Origin: Macrostomum lignano
Taxonomy: Eukaryota
DNA length: 64,000 nt
Assembly (NCBI GenBank): GCA_002269645.1
Contig: NIVC01000729.1
Location: 76,095 to 140,094, forward strand
Direction: 5' to 3'
Made by a program: the position numbers and the translations under genes. A model generated the notes under the pieces. That model searched no databases, was not told the origin of the DNA, and saw nothing but the letters and a program-made list of their open reading frames with translations. Positions 11,630 to 24,061 of the stretch are shown piece after piece. Each line of letters begins with the position of its first letter. Position 1 is the stretch's first letter.

Positions 11630-12732
11630 CCACAAAAAGGAATATTTTGTTAAAATGATCAACTTGATAAAACCCATAGCATTTTAACAGTATTAATCCT
11701 ATTGGAATAAATATTGAAAACTTCTCTATGCTCACTTTAGAAAAAGAGTTGAAATTTTTTACTGTGCTTTAGGATTATTAGAAATCATTTTATATTAAAA
11801 TCAAAATTTGCTAACTTTCTGAAATTGTAATTGAAAAATTCTTTAAAATCAAAATTCAGAAAAACAAAGTTTGGTACAAGCTATGACCAAAACTCACCTT
11901 TTTACTCTTGATTTACTGCTTATGCAAAACAAAATACATGTATATGTAGCACAAATTAGTTTATTTTTAGCCACTCTTTTACATACTTCACTTCACCTAG
12001 GGAAGGATATAGGTTGTACGCTTCACTCTCTGCCTCATATTATTCATGACTTACCCTCTCGCCTAAACTTGTTCACCGATTCTTGACCAATCATGCATTG
12101 CTTCACCCCAGCCCCCAATATTAACTAATAAATATATTGAGCAAACAAAGCCACACAGAGGCCACCTTTCTCGTCACGCAAACCTAGACTTCATATAAAC
12201 CAAGTGTAAGAATATAGCATCATATAATATCACTATAGACAATACTATTCTATACTATGAAACTCAAATTCCAACATATCAAGGCATTGAAAGTAAACGT
12301 GTTTTTTGATTTGCAATTTGTTTGATTTTATGATCTAGTAATGATTGTTATTTTAAAATATTTTCCAGTGTGAGTATAAATATGTTTTTATAAATAAAAG
12401 CTAGTATTTAATTAATAAAACAAAATTATTCTTATAGTCTTCTTCTTAATAAATGCTATTATTGTTTGCAATTCTTTTAAAATTTAGACTTTAGACTAAA
12501 TTAGATTTAGACTTGCTACAAATATATACTCGAATTTACCATTTTCATTAAAAATGTATGATTATTTCAATTTCTAAAAGATAATAAAATGTTTCACTTT
12601 TTAACAAGGCATAAGATTAAGAACAAAATTTCGAATGTTCCTAAAGCAACACAAGTGACATAAATGTGTTTATGCATTGAATATATGCTTTAATAGAATA
12701 TTTTTATAAATAATTAATTCACTTGCACACAG

Positions 12733-12959
12733 GTGATGTCCGCCTTGAAAACCTTAACATCAAGCCAAACGCGCTTGAAGGTTTGGAAATTCCCATCGAG
12801 GTCAAGCAGGGCCACCTGGGCCGCCTGGTACTCAAAATTCCCTGGAAGAATTTGTACACGGAACCAACTGTGGCAGAAATTGACGGCCTCTACATCTTGG
12901 CTGTGCCAATCTTTGGAATGAAGTTCGATCCTGAGAAGGAGCGACAGTTTGACTTCGAG
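12733..12959 (+). CDS. VPS13: VPS13 exon 2
   Basis: CAG|GT GAT...; DVRLENLNIKPNALEGLEIPIEVKQGHLGRLVLKIPWKNLY; donor GAG|GTAATG; phase 1 to 0. Confidence 0.95.
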
Positions 12960-13015
12960 GTAATGCCGTGCCATGCAGAGTGGATGTGAAATCCTGGGTC
13001 TATTTCCCCGAAATT

Positions 13016-13680
13016 ATTAGTTTTTCTGAAGCATATTACTTTCTTTAAAGGATATTACCATTTTCATGAAGCAGATTACAGTTTCCCTGAATGGTATTAC
13101 AGTTTCCCTGGATGATATTACAGTTTCCCTGGATGATATTACAGTTTCCCTGGATGATATTACAGTTTCCCTGGATGATATTACAATTTCCCTGAATGGT
13201 ATTACAGTTTCCCTAAAGCATATATTACAGTTTCCCTGAAGCATATTACAGTTTCTCTGAAGTATATTACAGTTTCCCTGAAGCATATTACAGTTTCCCT
13301 GAAGGATATTACAGTTTCCCTGAAGCATATTACAGTTTCCCTGAAGGATATTACAGTTTCCCTGAAGCATATTACAGTTTCCCTGAAGGATATTACAGTT
13401 TCCCTGAAGGATATTACAGTTTCCATGAATCATATGACAGTTTCCATGAATTATATTGCAGTTTCTCTGAATGGTATTACAGTTTCCCTGAAGTATATTA
13501 CAAATTCCCTGAAGCATATTACAATGTCCCTAAAGCATATTACAGTTTCCCTAAAGCATATTACATTTTTCCTGAACGATATTGCAGTTTCCCTAAATGA
13601 TGTTACAGTTTCCCTGAAGTATATATCAATTTCCCTAACGGAATTTACAGCTTTCTAAAAGATATTCATAATACAGTTTC
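13016..13680. repeat. Minisatellite, 21 bp ATATTACAGTTTCCCTGAAGC (intron 2)
   Basis: Tandem array. Confidence 0.95.
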
Positions 13681-13788
13681 CCCAAAGCACACCAAAATAA
13701 ACTGTTAAATGCATTGCTAAATATGCAATGAGCAAAGTCTCACTCATGACATCCCATCGCCTGTCTCCGCAATCCTCGCCGTGCCCAG

Positions 13789-14079
13789 GCCAAGATGAAG
13801 AAGGTCCGCCAGTACGAGGACAACCGAGCGAGAGCCGCGCTGGCTGCCAACACCAAGGAGACCGTTGATCTTGGCTTCGCCGAGAAGATGGCCCTGCAGG
13901 TGATTAAAAATCTGCAGGTAAAAGTTCGCAACGTGCACATCCGGTACGAGGATCGGGTCACGTGCCCTGACTACCCCTTCACCACGGGAGTCTGTTTGGA
14001 GTCGTTCAGCTTTCAAACCACCACCGCCGAATGGAGACCGACAACTGTGCGCGAGAATGTCACCCAGCTGTTTCACAAG
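13789..14079 (+). CDS. VPS13: VPS13 exon 3
   Basis: GFAEKMALQVIKNLQVKVRNVHIRYED is a conserved VPS13 motif; CAG| and AAG|GTGAGT. Confidence 0.95.
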
Positions 14080-14129
14080 GTGAGTCTTCGGCGGACTAAG
14101 AGTCGTTTTTGTTTTGGAGGCTCGAATTC

Positions 14130-14362
14130 TATAACCCTATCCTAAACCCTACAACCCTAACCTAAATACTATAACCCTAACCTAAATCCTATAACCCTAA
14201 CCTAAATTCTGTAACCCTATCCTAAATTCTATAACCCTAACCTAAATACTATAACCTTAGCCTAAATCCTATAACACTAAACCTAAATCCTTAATCACTA
14301 AACCTAAATCATATAGCCCCTTAAACCTAAATCCTATAACGCTAAACTTAAATCCTATAACC
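14130..14362. repeat. Minisatellite, ~20 bp CCTAAATCCTATAACCCTAA (telomere-like, intron 3)
   Basis: Tandem degenerate units. Confidence 0.85.
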
Positions 14363-14660
14363 CAATAGTATTACTTTTTTACAGCTGCAATGTCCGTACT
14401 GTTTGAGTATTATTTTAACACAGCAGTGCGCATCGAACTAAGTTCTATCTGATCTTTATAAAGCTGTATGTATTGCCAGTTAATCCTCTTTGCAATTACG
14501 CATGCAACAACCGCCCTCGCTTGCTTCCTGTCGGTATATCAACTAAAATATATATTCCTATGGGAAAGCCGTATGAGAATGCTAAATGCAATCTACTACA
14601 TCTGATCTGTCTATATTCAAACTTGTTTATATTTATAAAGCTTTATCTTTTAATTTTCAG

Positions 14661-14795
14661 CTACTCGACCTGAAATGTCTGTCCGTGTACTACAACTCGC
14701 TGGCCAATATGACTGCCGCTGCGCTCAAAGAGGACTTTTATTCGGAGATATCCGTTAATGAGCATGATAGAATGCGGGTGAAACTGATGCTGGAG
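14661..14795 (+). CDS. VPS13: VPS13 exon 4
   Basis: TTTTCAG|LLDLKCLSVYYNS...MLE|GTGAGA; phase 0 to 0. Confidence 0.9.
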
Positions 14796-14865
14796 GTGAG
14801 ATCCGTTTATCTGGCTCTGATAGTATCGATTGAGTCTCAAAATTATTTTGATTTTTGTTGCAAAA

Positions 14866-15627
14866 CTACAGTCCCCAAGTTCAAACCAACAATCCTCAAA
14901 TTCAAAGCTGCAGTCTTCAAATTCAAAACTACAGTCCTCAAATTCAAACCTAACAGTCTTCAAATTCAAAACTACAATCCTCAAATTCAAAACTACAGTC
15001 CTCAAATTCAAAGCTACAGTCCTCAAATTCAAAGCTACAGTCCCCAGATTCAAAGCTACAGTCCTCAAATTCAAAGCTACAGTCCCCAGATTCAGAGCTA
15101 CAGTCCTCAAATTCAAAGCTACAGTCCCCAGATTCAAAGCTACAGTCCTCAAATTCAAAGCTACAGTCCTCAAATTCAAAGCTACAGTCCTCAAATTCAA
15201 AGCTACAGTCCCCAGATTCAAAACTACAGTCCTCAAATTCAAAGCTACAGTCCCCAGATTCAAAAAAACTACAGTCCTCAAATTCAAAGCTACAGTCCCC
15301 AGATTCAAAGCTACAGTCCTCAAATTCAAAGCTACAGTCCCCAAATTCAAAGCTACAGTCCTCAAATTCAAAGCTACAGTCCTCAAATTCAAAGCTACAG
15401 TCCTCAAATTCAAAGCTACAGTCCTCAAATTCAAAGCTACAGTCCTCAAATTCAAAGCTACAGTCCTCAAATTCAAAGCTACAGTCCTCAAATTCAAAGC
15501 TACAGTCACCAGATTCAAAGCTACAGTCCTCAAATTCAAAGCTACAGTCCCCAGATTCAAAGCTACAGTCCTCAAATTCAAAGCTACAGTCCCCAGATTC
15601 AAAGCTACAGTCCTCAAATTCAAAGCT
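14866..15627. repeat. Minisatellite, 21 bp AAAGCTACAGTCCTCAAATTC (intron 4)
   Basis: Tandem array; explains the QIQSYSP and FKATVLK repeat ORFs. Confidence 0.95.
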
Positions 15628-15650
15628 TCCACCCCCTCCCCCCCCTACAG

Positions 15651-15699
15651 GAGAAGATGTCTCAAGTGTTCTCAAATCGGAAGCCGAATCTGCAGTACA
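15651..15699 (+). CDS. VPS13: VPS13 exon 5 (49 nt)
   Basis: CCTACAG|EKMSQVFSNRKPNLQY(I)|GTAAGT; supplies the phase-1 link needed by exon 6. Confidence 0.85.
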
Positions 15700-15783
15700 G
15701 TAAGTTTTATCATTGAAACACTTTTGAATAGTTCAATACATAGAAGCCTGTGCTACACTGTACAATTTTCTGCCAAATTTCAG

Positions 15784-16250
15784 TTATCAAGCCTATCTCG
15801 GCCAGGGCCAGATTCCGTTATGAAGCTTTCCCTGAGCAGTCCGGCTATGTCAGACCTCAAATTTGGCTGGACTTAGATTTCAACGAGCTGAGCTTGCAGT
15901 TCTCCAAAAGCCAGTACACCACTCTGGTAGTGTTTGGGGATAGCATTGATCGGATTGTCACTATGAACAAGTACAGGAAGTACCGCATTAAGCCGGGTAC
16001 CGACCGGCTGACGGCGACAGAGAAGTGGCGCTTCGCCTACAAGGTGGTGTGCAGCGAGGTGGTGCGCCGGCGCCGCAACATGTGGTCCTGGGAGCGGATG
16101 AAGTCGCACAGGGCGGCCTGTCGGGCCTACACGAAGCTGTGCAAGAAACGGCTGAAGAAGGAGAAGTACGACTCTGCAGCGTTGGAGAGATACGAGATGG
16201 AGCTTGATGGATTCAATATTATCCTGTGCCGGCAGCTGGCTGAAGGCTTG
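15784..16250 (+). CDS. VPS13: VPS13 exon 6
   Basis: IKPISARARF...KYRKYR...KWRFAY...MWSWERMKSHR...LDGFNIILCRQLAEGL|GTGAGT. Confidence 0.95.
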
Positions 16251-16799
16251 GTGAGTTGTCCGTTGCACTAGCTCAAAATTGTCATCATGACGTTTTCTAA
16301 TCGGCAATATTTCTATTTGTTAATCAATTATCGATTATTAATCCTCTGTGCGGTTTGATGTCGGTTATTAAGATGAATTAATTTACTACCAACACACTTA
16401 CCTGTTTTCTATCTGTTCGAATTCCATTATTCCGTGTTAAAGGTGTCTTACGAGGTAAGAAGTGTTGAGGAATCAATTTATTTTTTGGACCGTCTGTCTC
16501 AGCTTTGAATGTTTTTTTATACCCGACAGTCTCCGATGAAGATCCTTTTAATGTTTTATATGAGTCATCAGTCTGCTATTGATGCTATGCAAACAATAGC
16601 GTATTATTGATTTTATGGAACAGAGAAATTAAAAATCAAGGAAGAGCTACCGACAAACAAGGTCACGAAAGAAGTCAAAGAGTCGAAGACAAGTGAAAAA
16701 GAAAATAACATACGAAAATCGATATACAAACTACGAAAAAACTAAGAATTAAAATAAGATTAAAAACTTCGATAAAATCAACAAGATAACAACCAACTA

Positions 16800-17460
16800 C
16801 AAAAGTATTAATAACAAGACGTCACAACCAACTACAAATCAGGAACAACAAGACGTCACATCCAACTACAAATCAGCAACAACAAAACGTCACAACCAAC
16901 TACAAATCAGCAACAACAAGACGTCACATTCAACTGCAAAATTAGCAACAAGACGTCACAACCAACTACAAATCAGCAACAACAAGACGTCACATTCAAC
17001 TAAAAAATCAGCAACAAGACGTCATAACCAGCTACAAATCAGCAACAACAAGACGTCACAACCAACTACAAAATCAGCAACAACAATACGTCACAACCAA
17101 CTACAAATCAGCAACAACAAGACGTCACAACCAACTACAAAATCAGCAGCAACAAGACGTCACATTCAACTACAAATCAGCAACAACAAGACGTCACAAC
17201 CAACTACAAATCAGCAACAACAAGACGTCACAACCAACTACAAAATCAGCAGCAACAAGACGTCACAACCAACTACAAATCAGCAACAACAAGAAGTCAC
17301 AACCAACTACAAATCAGCAACAACAAGAAGTCACAACCAACTACAAATCAGCAGCAACAAGGCGTCACATCCAACTACAAATCAGCAACAACAAGACGTC
17401 ACAACCAACTACAAATCAGCAACAACAAGAAGTCACAACCAACTACAAATCAGCACCAAA
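16800..17460. repeat. Minisatellite, ~34 bp ACAAGACGTCACAACCAACTACAAATCAGCAACA
   Basis: Tandem array. Confidence 0.95.
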
Positions 17461-18479
17461 ACCAACTATACACAAAATCAGTAACAGAAAAACACAACTA
17501 ACTGCAAAATCAGCTGAATCTCATACTGATGCAGGTTTTACACTGCAATACTCGTCAATATCAGCAATTTTAAACCGCTTTTAAAGTGTAGCCTTCTGTC
17601 CACTATTTTCCTGTTTCGTTTTTATCAGTTTCAACTTCAGTCAGTTTTGTCTGTTGTTATAATTAACGAATAATAAAATTATTTTGAAAACGCCAGGTTC
17701 TTACGGATGTTTAGTTGCAGCGACAAATCAGTTTAGTAAAGATGTCTGATATTTTAGAAATCGACCTAAATATTTGCTTTTAGATTCACTACTCACGCAA
17801 GCCAGTTAAACTTGTTAAGAAGCACGTGCTGCCAATGAAGGAGATGAAAGACAGTAAGGTAGTCACAGCGCAGGGCAAAGTGCTGCTGGTAAGCCGTCCC
17901 CTAAACATTCGGCACTAAACATTTTGTGTGTGTCTGTGTGCTCGTGCTCAAGCACAGGTCACTCACTGATCAGGTTTAATTCAACCTTATTATCATAATT
18001 ACCCTTTGGATAAAAATCAATAGTTTTACTATTTAGCAACAATAATATAATAGATTTTGTGACAGAGTTTTCGTTTCACTCTATAATTTTGAGTTGGAAG
18101 ACCTTCTAATTTTCGCCTAATGACTCACCCTATGTCTGTCGTATCGCGCGTTCCGGATCTTGGTCTCTATACTTTCATAATAATATCTGCATCTTGAAGA
18201 GAAACTCCATCAGGTGTTGTAGACGTGCAAATCAAATGTCTTTTTTTTTGAAATCGATGTTGTTGCCTCTTGAATCAGTCTTCATCATGCGTACATTGGA
18301 TTTGTATCTTTCACGCTGGGAATATTTGATACATTAATACTGAGTTTGCTGAGCGCTTAGGTGACTATGTGTGCTACCGGTATTAAGCTGATAAAGTGAT
18401 GCTAACTACTTAAAGTACACTTTGTACTCAGTTATCAGGCACAGGCTCGAGAGCCCCCCTCGGGATGAAATATCTTGTA

Positions 18480-18960
18480 TTCTACCTTATATCTCTTCTA
18501 CCTCTCTCATATCTCTCTCCTCTCTCGCTCCTCTCTCTCGTAGATAAGAATAGATGTATAAAGAACGGAAATTTGATATTTCTCCTATCTTTCCCATATC
18601 CCTCTCCTATCTCTCATATCTCTCTCCTATCTCTCTCCTATCTCTCTCATATCTATCTCCTATCTCTCTCCTATCTCTCTCATATCTATCTCCTATCTCT
18701 CTCCTATCTCTCTCATATCTATCTCCTATCTCTCTCCTATCTCTCTCATATCTATCTCCTATCTCTCTCCTATCTCTCTCCTATCTCTCTCCTATCTATC
18801 TCCTATCTCTCTCCGATCTCTCTCATATCTATCTTCTATCTCTCCCCGATCTCTCTCTTATCTCTCTCTATATCTCTCTCCTGTATCTCTCCTTTCTCTC
18901 TTCTATTTCTCCCAAATCTCCCATATTTCTCATATATTTTCTATCTCTATCATATTTCTA
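18480..18960. repeat. Pyrimidine-rich CTATCTCTCTC compound repeat
   Basis: Tandem low-complexity units. Confidence 0.9.
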
Positions 18961-19580
18961 TTGTATCTTGATCATCTGTGTACGATATAGATTGAAAAAA
19001 ATCAGTTTAAGTGCAAACGCCATTGTCACAACAAGTGCTATAATATGTATATATCTACACACGGACGCACACAAAAACAGAATTAGGTTAGGGGACGGTT
19101 GAGGTAATTGGGGTTTTTCTCTCGCGGGTCAGTTTTGATTTCCTATAATTCTCTAATGCGCAATGTGCAAAACTTTTTGCTAACAAATTTTTTTTTTAAC
19201 AGCAAAGCATATCTGCTACACCAGTTAAATATTATCCTTTCTGAACCTGGGCTGGGTGCATTTACATCCGCGCTGCTAAAAGGTGTTGAGTGTATATATA
19301 TTTTCTCTTGCATGAATATAATACGCTAGATTTGTCCCCGTAAGCGACATATTAAATCGGTAACGCCATTGTTATAGATTTGAGTATAACAAAACTACTA
19401 GTCTACTTTGCTAACCCCTTGTTCCTATCCCAAAACTTTTTACCGCATTCAACTAGAAGAAAGTACAATTCAAACTTGAATTTCTAGTTAAACAAATCGG
19501 CCGAGGTATGCCTTGATGTTGTCATGATAATCATTTCAATTTATTAATTAGTCATGTTTGTTTCGGCTGCTAATTTAGTG

Positions 19581-20276
19581 CAGGGGTCGGCGAACTCGTG
19601 GGCCATTGGGTCTTTTGAAACTTCAGGACCTCTGAAGGTTTGTGTCTCTTCTCAGCACTCTTCTCTCCCCTTCATGTCTCTTCATTAGCCTTTCATTAGC
19701 CTCTCATTACTCATTAGTCTCTTCACTAGCCTCCCGTTGCTCATTAGTCTCTTCATTAGCCTCTCATTAGTCTCTTCATCAGTCTCTCGTTAATCTTTTT
19801 CATTAGCCTCTCATTGCTCATTAGTCTCTTCACTAGCCTCCCGTTACTCATTAGTCTCTTCATTAGCCTCTCATTAGTCTCTTCATTAGCCTCTCATTAG
19901 TCTCTTCATTAGCCTCTCATTAGTCTCTTCATTAGCCTCTCATTAGTCTCTTTATTAGTCTCTCATTAATCTTTTTCATTAGCCTCTCATTACTCATTAG
20001 TCTCTTTATTAGCCTCTCATTAGTCTCTTCATTAGCCTCTCATTAGTCTCTCCATTAGCCTCTCATTAGTCTCTTTATTAGCCCCTCATTACTCATTAGA
20101 CTCTTCACTAGCCTCCTATTGCTCATTAGTTTCTTCATTGGCCTATTATTACTCACAAGTCTCTTCATTAGCTTCTCATTAGTCTCTTCATTAGCCTCTC
20201 ATTATTCTCTTCATTAGCCTCACATTACTTGATTCTTGACCAAGGCTCTCCACGGTAAAAAGTGTGCCGACCCCTG
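19581..20276. mobile_element. 696-bp hAT-type MITE with an internal minisatellite
   Basis: TIR CAGGGGTCGGC / GCCGACCCCTG and perfect 8-bp TSD ATTTAGTG (19573-19580, 20277-20284). Interior 19670-20225 is a CATTAGTCTCTTCATTAGCCTCT array. Confidence 0.9.
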
Positions 20277-20849
20277 ATTTAGTGGCAAAAAAATATTTCG
20301 CACACACTTTCGAAAGTTAGACAGATAGTTACACTAGATACTGACTGTATTAGCATTCCTTAATTTTATATTCCAACTTTGTTTTAAAAACCGCTACCTT
20401 ATTGTCATAGATTTATCGGAAGCCAAATAGTAAAAATATCACGTTTGACAAAAAACCAATCACGGCAAAGTGTCTCCATCATATACTAGCTCATGCATCA
20501 AAATTGCTTCATTTTATAGTCTACCTGTATGTAATATTGTGTCCAATGAATTTTTCATTGCACAAGCACCTTTGTCAAAATTAGTTTAAACAAAATAGTT
20601 TGGCAGACAGGTTTGTGCTGCTAGAAGACACTATGCACGAAAAAAGTAGATTTAAATAAAGAAGTTTAGTTTGACTTTTATTACTTTAGAGATGCTTTTA
20701 TTTTGATGCACGTTTCGCTTAATTATAATTATAAATTTTTAATTTCTTTTATCTGACGGAGATGGGCTGGGCAGTTAAGCTTAAAAATTTAATATTGTGT
20801 GTGGGAATCCTTCCAACCTGAACAGGTCCCGAATGGACTGTGTATATCC

Positions 20850-21630
20850 ATGTGACCCATTAGTCAGATCCCATTGACAAATTAGTCAGATCCCTATGAC
20901 TCATTAGTCAGATCCCTATGATTCATTAGTCAGATTCCATTAACAAATTAGTCAAATTCTCATGACCCGTTAGTCAGGTCCCCATGACCCATTAATCAGA
21001 TCCCATGACCCATTTGTTAGATTCCTATGACCCATTGGTCCGGTCCCCATGACCCGTTGGTCCGATCTCTATGACCCGTTAGTCAGGTCCCCATTACCTA
21101 TTAGTCAGGTCCCTATGACCCATTCGTCAGATCCCTATGACCCATTAGTCAGATCCCTATGACCCATTCGTCAGATCCCTATGACCCATTAGTCAGATCC
21201 CTATGACCCATTCGTCAGATCCCTATGACCTATTAGTCAGATCCCTATGACCCATTTGTCAGATCCCTATGACCCATTAGTCAGATCCCGTATGACCCAT
21301 TCGTCAGATCCCTATCTATGACCCATTAGTCAGATCCCTATGACCCATTTGTCAGATCCCCATGACCCCTTGGTCCGATCCCCATGACCCATTCGTCAGA
21401 TCCCTATGACCCATTCGTCAGATCCCTATGACCCATTAGTCAGATCCCTATGACCCATTAGTCAGATCCCTTTGACCCATTCGTCAGATCCCTATCTATG
21501 ACCCATTAGTCAGATCCCTATGACCCATTAGTCAGATCCCTATGACCAATTTGTCAGATCCCCATGACCCCTTGGTCCGATCCCCATGACCCATTAGTCC
21601 GATCCCTATGACCTATAAGTCATTTACCCG
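20850..21630. repeat. Minisatellite, ~22 bp ATGACCCATTAGTCAGATCCCT
   Basis: Tandem array; a related array lies at 22110-22610. Confidence 0.95.
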
Positions 21631-21755
21631 TGGCCCGCCAGACTAGCTTTCACCTGAATCACATCAAACAGATTCAATCCCGGAGTCGAGTCAGTGACTT
21701 ATTCAGCCAAATATTTATCTAACTCGGGAATTTTATCCCACTACTGCACATGCAG

Positions 21756-22057
21756 GTTAGGAAGGAGAAATACTCCAAGAAGAAGAAGGACAGCCCAGGA
21801 GGCAAGAGTGGCGGCTGGTTCAGCGGCTGGTTTGGCGGCTCCTCAAAAGAGGAATCTGCTCAGGCGGGCCAGAGCGACAGCATTATCGACTCAGTTCGAG
21901 CCGAGTTCGAGCGCATGAGCCCGGAGGAGCGGGCCCAGCTGTACACCGTGGTCAACTACAAGGAGGACGCGCCGCAGCTGTCTTCGTTTCCGCGAAACTA
22001 CGAGGCCAGATCGATGAAATTCAATCTGGGCGGGCTGAACTTCCTGCTGCACGATGG
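21756..22057 (+). CDS. VPS13: VPS13 exon 7
   Basis: GGWFSGWFGG and MSPEERAQLYTVVNY are conserved; donor GG|GTGAGA, phase 2. Confidence 0.95.
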
Positions 22058-22388
22058 GTGAGAGCTTTGACTTTTTTGACAGGTGGACAGAACTTTGACC
22101 CATCAGACAGATCTTCACGATTGTCTATGACCTGTTAGTCAAATCCCCATGACCCATCTGGCAAATCCACATGACTCTTTATGACCCGTTAGTCCAATCC
22201 CCATGACCCATCAGTCAGATCCACATGACTCTTTATGACCCGTTAGTCCCATCCCCATGACCCATCAGTCAGATCTACATGACTCTCTATGACCCGCTAG
22301 TCAAATCCCAATGATCCATCAGTCAGATCCATATGACTCTCTATGACCCGTTAGTCCCATCCCTATGACCCATAAGTCAGATCCACAT

Positions 22389-22451
22389 TTTAGCGGAATG
22401 GGCGCCCGCGCCTTCCCGCTGTGTCCCCTCCGGGACAGCCCTGCAACTAAG
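22389..22451. mobile_element. 63-bp insertion with 10-bp TSD inside a minisatellite
   Basis: AGATCCACAT at 22379-22388 and 22452-22461; insert homologous to about 3434-3492. Confidence 0.65.
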
Positions 22452-22714
22452 AGATCCACATGACTCTCTATAACCCGCTAGTCAAATCCCAATGACCCAT
22501 CAGTCAGATCCACATGACTCTCTATGACCCGTTAGTCCCATCCCCATGACCCATCAGGTCCATATGACTCTTTATGACCCGTTCGTCCCATCCCCATGAC
22601 CCATCCGGTAGATTCTTCTACATTGACCACGTTTTAATGCAAATTTTATGAAAAAATCAATCCTACACTTTATTACTTGTAGTTCTTCTAATGCCCCAAA
22701 ATTTCGGTTTGCAG

Positions 22715-22792
22715 TGGTCAGCAGGTTTTGAAGTTTCAACTTCAAGGAGTGACCGCCAATCTGGGGCAGTACCCCTCCTCTGACTGTCTCAA
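22715..22792 (+). CDS. VPS13: VPS13 exon 8
   Basis: TTTGCAG|T GGT CAG...; GQQVLKFQLQGVTANLGQYPSSDCLK; AA|GTGAGT; phase 2 to 2. Confidence 0.85.
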
Positions 22793-23099
22793 GTGAGTAC
22801 AATCAGTTGCGTAATCTGTTTTTGATATTACTATAAATGATGATTAAAATTGGTTGAATGGTTTATTTCTTTGATTGAATGTGCTATTTCTATAATTGAG
22901 TGTGCCATTTCTATGATTGAGTGTGCCATTTCTATAATTGAGTGTGCCATTTCTATAATTGAGTGTGTGTCATTTATATGAAAATGTGTGTGTCATTTCT
23001 ATGACTGAATGTGTCTCATTTCTATAATTGAGTGTGGTATTTAGTGCAGTGCCATATCCATGTCACTTTCGCCATTCATCACCCACCCCCCGCCCCCAG

Positions 23100-23448
23100 A
23101 GTCCAAGCCTTCATCAGCAGCGTCTCCCTCTGGGGCGCTGGCGCCGCCGGCTCCGCGCCCTGTATGATTCGCACCCTGGTGCAACAGCAGCAGCAGCGAG
23201 ATGTACAGCCTTTCACCGTCGGCCGTAGCAGCATCGAGTCGGCCTCTAGCTCTGACGACACTGGGGACCGTCTGTTCCAACTCAACTTCGACATGAACCC
23301 GTTCGATGCGACGGACAATGCGCAGACCGCCTCGTCCAGCTCGCCTTCGAGTGCCACGGCAACTAGTGAAGAGCAGAGCTCAGAGGCTCGCATTGTCAAT
23401 AACCGGATTAGATTGGTGGCCAATCCTGTGGAGATTATCTACGATGCG
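23100..23448 (+). CDS. VPS13: VPS13 exon 9
   Basis: LFQLNFDMNP...RIRLVANPVEIIYDA|GTAAGT. Confidence 0.93.
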
Positions 23449-23499
23449 GTAAGTGTAGGATGCCTGAGCTTCAAGCATTTGGGATTTCTATTATTCTAT

Positions 23500-23880
23500 T
23501 ATTCCCTCCAGGACCTTGTGATTCCCTCCAGGACCTTGTGATTTCTTCAAGGACCCTGTGATTCCCTCCAGGACATTGTGATTCCCTCCAGGACCCTGTG
23601 ATTCCCTCCAGGACCCTGTGATTCCCTCCAGGACATTGTGATTCCCTCCAGGACCCTGTGATTCCCTCCAGGACCCTGTGATTCCCTCCAGGACCCTGTG
23701 ATTCCCTCCAGGACCCTGTGATTCCCTTCAGAACATTGTGTTTCCTTCCAGGACCTTGTGATTCCCTCCAGAACATTGTGTTTCCTTCCAGGACATTTTG
23801 ATTCCCTCCAGGACCCTGTGATTCCCTCCAGGTTATTGTGATTCGTTCCAGGACATTGCGATTCCCTCCAGGACCTTATT
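23500..23880. repeat. Minisatellite, 20 bp ATTCCCTCCAGGACCCTGTG
   Basis: Tandem array. Confidence 0.95.
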
Positions 23881-24061
23881 ACTGTTCGGTTACTTAAGCT
23901 GGTACTCCAGAATTCAAGGCTCAAATCAAAATTTGTAACCCTTTACGCTCGTATATTAGCTCCTGAGCATTCAGATTCTAGATAGAGAAACTCTGATGAA
24001 AAGCATTGATTCGCCTTAAGTATGATTCCTTAATCTCGAATTCGAACGCCTCGCAACGCAG

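Noticed and set aside
14586-15876. Long ORFs with QIQSYSP, FKATVLK or FEFEDCS repeats
   Set aside because: They are translations of a 21-bp intronic minisatellite; only 14661-14795, 15651-15699 and 15784 onward fit the VPS13 splice chain.
16800-17460. CRE-like TGACGTC/TGACG motifs in three arrays (also 8500-9660 and 61490-62050)
   Set aside because: Short motif, plausibly chance, with no contextual support for function.
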